11,896 bases of DNA from Candidatus Hermodarchaeota archaeon (GTDB taxonomy: Archaea > Asgardarchaeota > Hermodarchaeia > Hermodarchaeales > Hermodarchaeaceae). The notes beneath the pieces are model-generated. The model searched no databases and was not told where the DNA came from. It was given only the letters and a program-made list of their open reading frames with translations. The translations under genes and the position numbers were made by a program. The first letter of the stretch is position 1. The number at the start of each line of letters is the position of its first letter. The DNA lies in assembly GCA_016839365.1 (NCBI GenBank), contig JAEOUH010000019.1, positions 1 through 11,896 on the forward strand, given 5' to 3'. Of this stretch, positions 1 through 6,920 are shown one piece after another.

Positions 1-180
1 AAGAAGCCAATGATCGCCCTAACCGCTGGCGGCAGATTCACGATGCAAGGGGCTCGCCTTCTCGAGGAAAGAGGAATACCTTCCCTTCCCACACCAGCTC
101 GTGCAGCAAAAGCCCTCTGGGCCCTAGTCGAGTATGGGCAACACCTTAAGAAGTTTCATTCACAAAACCCGCCGACTTGA
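1..180 (+). CDS. 3' end (partial) of ADP-forming acetate/acyl-CoA ligase alpha subunit (ACD family)
   Basis: Not in ORF track. Frame +1 reads KKPMIALTAGGRFTMQGARLLEERGIPSLPTPARAAKALWALVEYGQHLKKFHSQNPPT* (TGA 178-180). The KP..GG / GIP..PTP.RA..A..AL..Y pattern matches the C-terminus of archaeal ACD alpha subunits. Confidence 0.8.
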   Translation, partial: KKPMIALTAGGRFTMQGARLLEERGIPSLPTPARAAKALWALVEYGQHLKKFHSQNPPT

Positions 181-187
181 CTTGGTC

Positions 188-195
188 TTTTTTTT
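188..195 (+). terminator. Oligo-T archaeal terminator
   Basis: T8 tract 7 nt after the stop codon at 180. Confidence 0.65.
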
Positions 196-218
196 CGGCA
201 AGGTTGGACGAGAGCACG

Positions 219-226
219 TTTTATAA
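219..226 (+). promoter_or_regulatory. TATA box of thiolase-DUF35 operon
   Basis: TTTTATAA in the intergenic region. SD-like GAGGTG at 271-276 lies 7 nt before the GTG start at 284. Confidence 0.6.
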
Positions 227-283
227 TTGGGTGCGAATATCGTGCTCTATTCAGCTTTCCTCGTATGAACGAGGTGTACTATT

Positions 284-1444
284 GTGCTCAATGTAAGCAT
301 TGTTGGCGCCGGACAAACCAAGTTCGGACGTCATGACGATTACACGTTACGGGAGCTTTTCGCCCTTGCCGCCCATGAAGCCATTGAAGATGCCGGGATT
401 GCACCCAAAAATGTCGAAGCGGCCTTCATTGGTAACCTCTCGGCAGACCAATTCAACCGGCAAACCCACATCGCTCCCATGATGGTGGATGCCGCTGGTA
501 TGAAAGGCATCCCTGCCACGAAATGCGAAGCCGCATGTGCCTCATCAGCCACGGCATTACGCGCTGCGATTCTCGCTGTCGAATCTGGACATCACGATGT
601 GGTCATGGCTGCAGGTGTTGAAAAGATGACTGACCTATCAACACCAGGAGTCATCGAGACGCTAGCCATGGCTGCTGACCAACCCTTCGAGGCTGAACCC
701 GGAATTACCTTCCCAGGCATTTTCGCCCTCTTGGCCGTTGCCCATATGGCTAAATACGGCACAACAAAAGAACAGATGGCGGCTGTCGCCGTTAAGAACC
801 ATGCCAACGCGGTGCATAATCCCCTAGCTCAATATCAGAAGGAAATCACTCTGGACCAAGTCTTATCGGCGCGGATGGTTGCCTGGCCCCTTGGGCTCTT
901 CGATTGCTCACCTATCACAGATGGTGCAGCCGCAGTTATCCTCACACGAAATAAACTCGCAAAGAAATTTACCGATGCACCTGTGAAAATTAAGGCCTCA
1001 GCACAGGCCAACGACACCATGGACATGTGCGACCGTTCTGATTTAACCTCTCTTTACTCTGCGCGAACCGCAGCCCAACTGGCCTACAAACAAGCTCGAA
1101 TAGGCCCTCATGACATCGACTTTGCAGAAGTTCATGACTGCTTTACCATTGCTGAAATCATCGCCACCGAAGATCTGGGCTTCTTTTCAAGAGGAATGGG
1201 AGGACAAGCCGTCGAACAGGAATACACAGCCTTAGATGGAGAATTCGCTATCAACACCAGTGGAGGACTCAAAGCCAAGGGTCACCCTGTCGGAGCAACC
1301 GGCGTCGCCCAAATCATCGAACTATACCACCAACTCCGAAACGAAGCCGGCAAACGCCAAGTCGATAAGCCAAATTATGGACTTGCACATAATGTCGGGG
1401 GGTCTGGAGCAACAGCGGTTGTACATATTTGTGAACGATGGTGA
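284..1444 (+). CDS. Thiolase family protein (archaeal acetyl-CoA acetyltransferase, SCP2/SCP-x type)
   Basis: Motifs: CEAACASS (catalytic Cys), GVEKM, CSPITDGAAA, EVHDCF, INTSGGLKAKGHPVGATG, HNVGG. GTG start with SD. Confidence 0.95.
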   Translation: MLNVSIVGAGQTKFGRHDDYTLRELFALAAHEAIEDAGIAPKNVEAAFIGNLSADQFNRQTHIAPMMVDAAGMKGIPATKCEAACASSATALRAAILAVESGHHDVVMAAGVEKMTDLSTPGVIETLAMAADQPFEAEPGITFPGIFALLAVAHMAKYGTTKEQMAAVAVKNHANAVHNPLAQYQKEITLDQVLSARMVAWPLGLFDCSPITDGAAAVILTRNKLAKKFTDAPVKIKASAQANDTMDMCDRSDLTSLYSARTAAQLAYKQARIGPHDIDFAEVHDCFTIAEIIATEDLGFFSRGMGGQAVEQEYTALDGEFAINTSGGLKAKGHPVGATGVAQIIELYHQLRNEAGKRQVDKPNYGLAHNVGGSGATAVVHICERW

Positions 1445-1449
1445 TTAAG

Positions 1450-1854
1450 ATGAGTGAAGAAACAACTGTTAAGAAATACTTCGAGCTGATTAACGAACAG
1501 AAACTCTGTGCAGCTCATTGTGCTAGCTGTGATTCCTTACACCTTCCCCCACGGCTCTTTTGTCCGAACTGTAATAGTAAGACAACTGATTGGACACAAT
1601 TGGGTGGTGAAGGCACACTCCGTTCGTTTACGGTGATTCACATCGCAGGTACAAAGTATGCTGAGGATGTCCCGTATATTGTTGCCATCGTCGCTTTGAA
1701 GGAAGGACCTTCGGTTTGCGCACGGCTGGTGGGTGTTGATCCCCTCAAACCCGAAGACATCCATGTTGGTGATCCCGTCGTAGCTGATTTTGAAGAGCTG
1801 TCGGGATCCACTTCAGAAGAAAAAGCAACGCGTCTAGTTTTTCGGCCCGCCTGA
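1450..1854 (+). CDS. DUF35 family Zn-ribbon/OB-fold protein (thiolase partner)
   Basis: CxxC...PP...CPxC zinc ribbon followed by an OB-fold (GTLRSFTVIH, PYIVAIVAL.EG, IHVGDPV). Coupled to the thiolase. ATG 1450 is preferred over ATG 1438 because SD-like GGTGA lies at 1440-1444. Confidence 0.92.
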   Translation: MSEETTVKKYFELINEQKLCAAHCASCDSLHLPPRLFCPNCNSKTTDWTQLGGEGTLRSFTVIHIAGTKYAEDVPYIVAIVALKEGPSVCARLVGVDPLKPEDIHVGDPVVADFEELSGSTSEEKATRLVFRPA

Positions 1855-1881
1855 GATATTTCTTTCCCATTTGAGTATTAA

Positions 1882-3210
1882 CTAGTTCTTGACCCCTAGA
1901 TAGCGAATCGTAGTAAGAGCGAAGACTTTGGTCACTTTGATCAAATCCTCTATCGCGATTTTCTCATCCGAGGTGTGCGCAGAAGCCATGTTCCCAGGAC
2001 CATATACAACCGTGGATTCAATCCCAGCACGGCGGAGCAACCTTCCATCCGTGGCAAAAGGAACAAGAAAGTATACTGTGGGACCAGTGATTTCGGTTGA
2101 CGCATTAAAAACCGTTGTCGCCAACGGATTTTGTGTGTAATTGGGCACTGAATTTCCTTCAAAGGACTCAACGATTTCGATATTGCAGTCGCCTTCAATG
2201 CCTTGTTGTTCAGCGTGCCTGCGTATGAAATCAACCATCTCTTGGGGCTTTTGACCAGGTAAAATACGGAAATCTAGCTGAGCCTCACAACGGTCTGGAA
2301 CTACGTTTGCAGCCACTCCACCAGTAATAGTCCCAATGTTCATAGTCGTTGTAGTAAGCCCTACGATTCCAGCGGACAGCGGGTTAGGCTCATCACCTTG
2401 AAAGATAAAGGATTCTAGCAGTTTTGGCTCTGTGTTCAAGCTAGCGGCAAACTGAGCAATAATCGCTTCACGGGTTATCGGGGGAGGAATTGTGGGAGGG
2501 TTTTCGGTTTGTAGCGATTCAAGCAGTTTTATCATCATCGTGACCGCATTCTTGCCGGCTGATGGAATACTGCCGTGAGCCTTCTCTCCTTTGGTGGTAA
2601 TTTTCAGCCAAACTGGTCCTTTTTCTCCAATATTCACTGCGTACCCAAAGCGGCCAATACCTGAAGGTTCAGCGATTAATGCTGCGTTGGCTTTGATTTT
2701 CTTCCAAGCCTTGTCAATGCACCACATTGTCCCTAACTTCCCTTGCCGTTCTTCATCTCCAACGGCATTAAGAATCAGAGTCCCTTTCAAGGGCACTTCC
2801 AAATCATGAAGTGCACTCATTGCCATCGCTTGGCAAGCCACCCCGCCTTTCATGTCCACGGCTCCCCGTCCATAGATCAAACCGTCACGGATTTCTGCCC
2901 CAAAGGGATCTACTGTCCAATCTTCACCAGGGGGCACCACGTCAACATGGCCATTAAACAGAATATGCTTCCCGTTATTTGCTTTCCACGTGGCGATGAG
3001 ATTATCGATGTTTGGATGAGATGAAACATATTCGGTGTCAATCCCCCGCTTTTCCAAGGTTTTTCCGACGCAATGGGCAGCCTCAGCCTCACCACGTGTT
3101 TCCCGGTCCCAGCTAGGGATTCGAATCATGTCCTGGCATAAGCGAACCAGTTCATCCTGCAGCTCATCAATATGGTTGATAACTTTTTGCTCCCAGTCAA
3201 TCACTTTCAT
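1882..3210 (-). CDS. M20 family metallo-amidohydrolase (ArgE/DapE-like deacylase/peptidase), substrate unknown
   Basis: Metal and catalytic motifs: NGHVDVVP, GRGAVDMKGG, GDEE, IAEP, AHGS, NVVPD, TDGR, GPG..AHTSDE. Confidence 0.92.
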   Translation of the reverse strand: MKVIDWEQKVINHIDELQDELVRLCQDMIRIPSWDRETRGEAEAAHCVGKTLEKRGIDTEYVSSHPNIDNLIATWKANNGKHILFNGHVDVVPPGEDWTVDPFGAEIRDGLIYGRGAVDMKGGVACQAMAMSALHDLEVPLKGTLILNAVGDEERQGKLGTMWCIDKAWKKIKANAALIAEPSGIGRFGYAVNIGEKGPVWLKITTKGEKAHGSIPSAGKNAVTMMIKLLESLQTENPPTIPPPITREAIIAQFAASLNTEPKLLESFIFQGDEPNPLSAGIVGLTTTTMNIGTITGGVAANVVPDRCEAQLDFRILPGQKPQEMVDFIRRHAEQQGIEGDCNIEIVESFEGNSVPNYTQNPLATTVFNASTEITGPTVYFLVPFATDGRLLRRAGIESTVVYGPGNMASAHTSDEKIAIEDLIKVTKVFALTTIRYLGVKN

Positions 3211-3282
3211 CGGAATACCCTTGTGAGCATAGTCCAGTTGCTAATGAAAAACCTTGAGGGTGTTCGAGGGTTGAACCAAATA

Positions 3283-3290
3283 TCTTATAC
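3283..3290 (+). promoter_or_regulatory. Putative TATA box of citG-like gene
   Basis: TCTTATAC preceded by A-rich AACCAAA (BRE-like). SD GGAGA at 3316-3320 before ATG 3330. Confidence 0.35.
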
Positions 3291-3329
3291 TAGACAAACT
3301 CCCTATCTCATGGCTGGAGATTTCATCAT

Positions 3330-4313
3330 ATGCATCAGGAGCTCAATGTCGAAGAGCGGCTTTGCAGCATCTCGGAGAAAGCCCAACTGGCCATGCTCTT
3401 AGATATTCTTACCCCAAAACCTGGCAATGTACACCGATACAAGGACCATCATGATACGAGGCTTATTCATTTTGCAGCTAGCATCGCACGGCTAGCCCAT
3501 CCAATTTACCAGGCTGCCCGTTGGGGTTATCAACGTAACAAATCATCGCAAGGTCCTTCTAAATTGGGAGAATTAACCAAGCTCGCATTACAGGCCTCAA
3601 TGAAACCCCATAGGAAAAATACATTGCTTGGAACCATTCTCCTCATTATACCCCTTGCAGTGGCTGCAGGTTACGAAATTCCACGCCCCAAATGGTCACC
3701 CTCAACACTCCGTCAAAGTCTTTCGCACATCCTTCATCAGTCCTCAATCGATGACGCCATAGAACTCATTCGCAGCCTCCAAATCGCTAATCCCGGAGGT
3801 GGGAAACCAAAGACACCTCATTGGACTGAGGAATCCCAAGCCTTTGATTTCCAATCTCCCCGAACAATCGAAGCGATTCGTCGCGAGAAATACACCCTCC
3901 TTGATTTACAGGCCCTAGCTGCACCTTTTGATTCGATAGCTGAAGAATACACCACGGATTTCAGTTATACTTTCGATATATTATATCCAAGGTTCATTGA
4001 GGCATTAAACCAGCACCCACGTGTCGAAGACGCCGTTCTCATTTCCTATCTTTGGGCGTTAGGGCAACGTCCTGACACCTTCATCCAACGCAAGGTCGGA
4101 CCTGATGTGGCCCAGCAAGTCACAAATAAAGCACACAAACTCCATAACCGAATCCTCGAATTACCTGAGGACCGCTGGCAGAAGGAACTCATAGTCTTTG
4201 ATGAGTATCTACGATCCGAAGGCTCTCGACTCAACCCAGGTACGACGGCTGACCTTCTCTCCGCAGCAGTTTTTCTTGCCCTTTTACTTGATAAGATCAA
4301 GCTAATTTTCTAG
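3330..4313 (+). CDS. citG: CitG-like protein (triphosphoribosyl-dephospho-CoA synthase family, archaeal/H4MPT-associated type)
   Basis: Motifs KPGNVHR, NT.LGTILL, PDTFIQRK.G and LNPGTTADL are typical of the CitG/COG1767 family. No citrate lyase or malonate decarboxylase genes in the window, so the canonical function is not assured. Confidence 0.85.
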   Translation: MHQELNVEERLCSISEKAQLAMLLDILTPKPGNVHRYKDHHDTRLIHFAASIARLAHPIYQAARWGYQRNKSSQGPSKLGELTKLALQASMKPHRKNTLLGTILLIIPLAVAAGYEIPRPKWSPSTLRQSLSHILHQSSIDDAIELIRSLQIANPGGGKPKTPHWTEESQAFDFQSPRTIEAIRREKYTLLDLQALAAPFDSIAEEYTTDFSYTFDILYPRFIEALNQHPRVEDAVLISYLWALGQRPDTFIQRKVGPDVAQQVTNKAHKLHNRILELPEDRWQKELIVFDEYLRSEGSRLNPGTTADLLSAAVFLALLLDKIKLIF

Positions 4314-4360
4314 CCAACCCATTAAGGGCGAGACCACCAAAGAATGTGCGGTACTGCAAG

Positions 4361-5845
4361 CTAGGGTTCCCATTTGAAGGGGTGTTTTGCATACTCTTTG
4401 TCGGAGAGCAGTTCATTGATGCTCGGACGTCCTTCGATGGCGCGGCGGAGGGCATGACGCATGGCCTTGTAGTTGTTAATGAGAATACGTTTCCGATCCA
4501 CTGCTGTTGGATGCACAAAAACGGTTGCAACAATTAACAATTGGTCGACAGCGGATTTGGGGATAAGTCCTTCTTCAACCGAATCCATCACCGCTTTGGC
4601 ACACCCGGTTTGAGCTGGACCACCGAATAAGCTAGCCTGGTGCATGCTCCGATTAGCTACTGTTGGTACAAGGAGGGTCTCAGGTTTGACCATGAGATTG
4701 GGTTCGAGAATAGCGAGAAGGGGCTCCATACGTTCCTTAGGTGCTGTTTTTGCCTGGGCAAAGGCATATCCCACTGGCCCGTCCTTGCGTCCAATCATTA
4801 GGTCGATATGGGCGACTTCTGCACCAGTCCCGGCAAGTCCTTCTCCTACCTTAATGGAGAAGTCTTTGATGTGCTCGGGTGTGAACCCGATGACGCCGAA
4901 TCGCGCCTCTAGAGGTTCTTTGGGCTCAACTTCAATTTTCACCGGTTTACGCTCGATTTTTCCAAGCTTCTCCAGTTCAATGCGGATTTCTTCACGGTTC
5001 TCGTAGGTGAGAACTCCGCCAAACGTTAGTGGGAGTCGGGGTTTACCCACTGGGACACCAATCATATTCAATCCGGCCTTTGTACCCACAGCTCCGGACC
5101 CCACAATTAATCTTGTGAGTTTCTGGACCTTGAGCTGCAAAGCAATAGCTTCCGCATATTTTTTGGCCTGAACTTTCTGTAACATCTCGACCCAAATGTC
5201 ACCGATGAGTTGTGCACTAGCTAGAATCGCTCCTGAACATCCTGAAGCGAGAGCTGGAAACACGACCTCGTCATGGCCGACTAATACGTTTATCTTTGAT
5301 CCGACTTTTTCCAAGACCGCAAGGATGAGTTTGAGTTGCCCGCTGGAATCTTTGAGGCCAACGATATTATCGAGGTCGGCTAAATCTTCAACTATTTGCC
5401 AGGGCATATCTAGACCCGTGCATTGGGGAATGTTGTAGAGAATAATTGGCAATCCCACCTCATTCACAAGGCGATAATGTTCGTACAATCCACGCAGGGT
5501 GGGGCGCATATAGTAGGGAGTAACTACAAGGCAGGCATCAGCCCCTGATTTCTGGGCAGATTCAACAAGCTCGATTGTTGTTTTCGTGTTACTAGCACCA
5601 GCTCCTGCGATGACGGGGACTTTTCCCGCTGCCTCCTCTATGGCAAGTTTGACCACGCGTTTGTGTTCTTCAATAGTCAAACTGGTGAATTCGCCGGTTG
5701 TTCCTGCAGGGACAAGTCCGGTGATTCCTAGATTGTCAATGCAATGGCGAATCAGCCGGCGAAATGCAGCGTCATCAACTTTTACGCCATCCTTTGTGAA
5801 AGGAGTAACTAGTGCGGGGTTAATACCGCCTGGTTTAAATCCCAT
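4361..5845 (-). CDS. Fusion protein: N-terminal DapA/NAL-family class I aldolase + C-terminal formaldehyde-activating enzyme (Fae) domain
   Basis: aa 1-~296: LVTPF, GTTGE, PYY, LYNIP (Tyr137), GLKDSSG (Schiff-base Lys165), RLPL. aa ~329-494: VGEG..G.G.EVAHIDLMIG (His346), PLLAILEPNL..KP.TL, GPAQ...AKAV.D.V.EG.IP, VFVHP, NY.A, KHPF. Single uninterrupted frame. SD AGGAG at 5855-5859 (- strand). Confidence 0.93.
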   Translation of the reverse strand: MGFKPGGINPALVTPFTKDGVKVDDAAFRRLIRHCIDNLGITGLVPAGTTGEFTSLTIEEHKRVVKLAIEEAAGKVPVIAGAGASNTKTTIELVESAQKSGADACLVVTPYYMRPTLRGLYEHYRLVNEVGLPIILYNIPQCTGLDMPWQIVEDLADLDNIVGLKDSSGQLKLILAVLEKVGSKINVLVGHDEVVFPALASGCSGAILASAQLIGDIWVEMLQKVQAKKYAEAIALQLKVQKLTRLIVGSGAVGTKAGLNMIGVPVGKPRLPLTFGGVLTYENREEIRIELEKLGKIERKPVKIEVEPKEPLEARFGVIGFTPEHIKDFSIKVGEGLAGTGAEVAHIDLMIGRKDGPVGYAFAQAKTAPKERMEPLLAILEPNLMVKPETLLVPTVANRSMHQASLFGGPAQTGCAKAVMDSVEEGLIPKSAVDQLLIVATVFVHPTAVDRKRILINNYKAMRHALRRAIEGRPSINELLSDKEYAKHPFKWEP

Positions 5846-5869
5846 CTGACAACGCTCCTATTTACTCGC

Positions 5870-6817
5870 TTAAGGCTGAGGAATGGCTAAATCCTTCGCA
5901 CCAAGCTTTGATAATTTCGCTTCTGGATAATTATCTTGGATGAGGTTCCGAACGATTTCAGCCCACTTGACTTTTTCACGTGCTAGAAAACTGAGTCCAT
6001 CAATCGATGACCAAGGTGTGTATAACGCCATGCTGGGTCCAGGTTCAAATTTATAATAAACCGGCTGAACGCATCGGGTGATTTCCGCCGCTTCATAGAA
6101 TCGATTAAAGCCTCCAAAGCTGGGCATCAACATGATGTGGATGTCAATGGGTAGGTTAGTGGCTTGACGGATGGCGGCCAGTTGAGGAATAGTCATATCG
6201 GCAACGGGGTTGAAACTCCCTGCCCCTAGCTGTTCAAGCAGTTTTCCTCCCGCTGGGGAGGCGTGGCCTGCGAAGATGCTGACTTTGAAGGTAATATCCT
6301 TGGGGATTTCACCAATCTCTTTGAGTTTATTCAATGCCCAGAGGAGTCCTTCATCAATCACTAAGAATCCTCGGAAGCCTAAATCAATACCACGTTTGAT
6401 GTCGGCAATCACTTCTACAAGCTTGTCGGCACCTCGAAATCGCATGCCTGACAAAATACCATCGGGGGTTGCCACTTGTCTGCCAACATCCCAGCTCGTG
6501 CGGGGGCCCGGTGTCAGAATAACTTCCATTTGCGCGTCATGTGCAAGTTGGGCAAATTTCTTGAGCTCTTTATCATCAAGCAGAGTGGCTCCCATCACTA
6601 CGCTGATAAGCCGATGTACTGGCATTTTTCGCTTATCAGCTTCATCGATTAGTGCTTCTAAGACCTCTGGGCGTTCGACGCCAGAGATTTCGATACGATA
6701 GCCGGCTCCATCTGGAAACCGTTTTTCGCTAGTCGGTAGATCATATGCATCTTGCCCGGGCAACCCAATTTTTTCAAGGGCTTTCCGGACCTTTTCATAA
6801 GATTTCAAACTCACCAT
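5870..6817 (-). CDS. Uncharacterised TIM-barrel protein, peptidase U32-like family
   Basis: Conserved-looking blocks (D..DLPTSEKRFPDGA.YRIEI, GPR.SWD.G, G.RGFLV.DEGLLW, FKVS, LE.LGA.SFNP, L..IR....LPID, E..R...PVY.K) that I recognise from proteins auto-annotated as U32 peptidase. Ends 24 nt upstream of the aldolase-Fae gene. The ORF is secure, the function is not. Confidence 0.65.
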   Translation of the reverse strand: MVSLKSYEKVRKALEKIGLPGQDAYDLPTSEKRFPDGAGYRIEISGVERPEVLEALIDEADKRKMPVHRLISVVMGATLLDDKELKKFAQLAHDAQMEVILTPGPRTSWDVGRQVATPDGILSGMRFRGADKLVEVIADIKRGIDLGFRGFLVIDEGLLWALNKLKEIGEIPKDITFKVSIFAGHASPAGGKLLEQLGAGSFNPVADMTIPQLAAIRQATNLPIDIHIMLMPSFGGFNRFYEAAEITRCVQPVYYKFEPGPSMALYTPWSSIDGLSFLAREKVKWAEIVRNLIQDNYPEAKLSKLGAKDLAIPQP

Positions 6818-6855
6818 AAGGAGTCCCTCGAATAGATGGGTTTTGCCTGTTGCTG

Positions 6856-6864
6856 TTTAAAAAA
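6856..6864 (-). promoter_or_regulatory. TATA box of the U32-like/aldolase-Fae operon
   Basis: TTTTTTAAA on the - strand, ~39 nt upstream of ATG 6817. SD-like GAGGGA at 6824-6829. Confidence 0.55.
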
Positions 6865-6874
6865 GGTTAACCTT
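6863..6874. promoter_or_regulatory. Perfect 12-bp palindrome, candidate operator
   Basis: AAGGTTAACCTT abutting the TATA box at the BRE position. Confidence 0.35.
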
Positions 6875-6920
6875 GTCGCGTTTAGGGAGCTTTTTTCAGT
6901 CCATATGAGAAAGCATACAC

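Noticed and set aside
3254-3274. Short direct repeat GAGGGT x2 in the M20/citG divergent region
   Set aside because: Too short to distinguish from chance.
300-4537. Other short nested or antisense ORFs (60-94 aa) within the thiolase, DUF35, M20 and citG genes
   Set aside because: They overlap confident CDSs and show no independent coding signals.
1882-5845. Lysine (DAP) biosynthesis cluster from 'dapA' + 'dapE'
   Set aside because: The aldolase lacks the Arg138 equivalent and is fused to Fae. The M20 enzyme has no DapE-specific evidence. The two genes are separated by an opposite-strand gene, and no dapB/asd/lysC/lysA is present.
4644-6701. Antisense ORFs 4644-5006, 5196-5438, 5586-5849, 6210-6701
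   Set aside because: Shadow frames opposite well-supported genes, with Ser/Pro/Arg-rich composition and no motifs.
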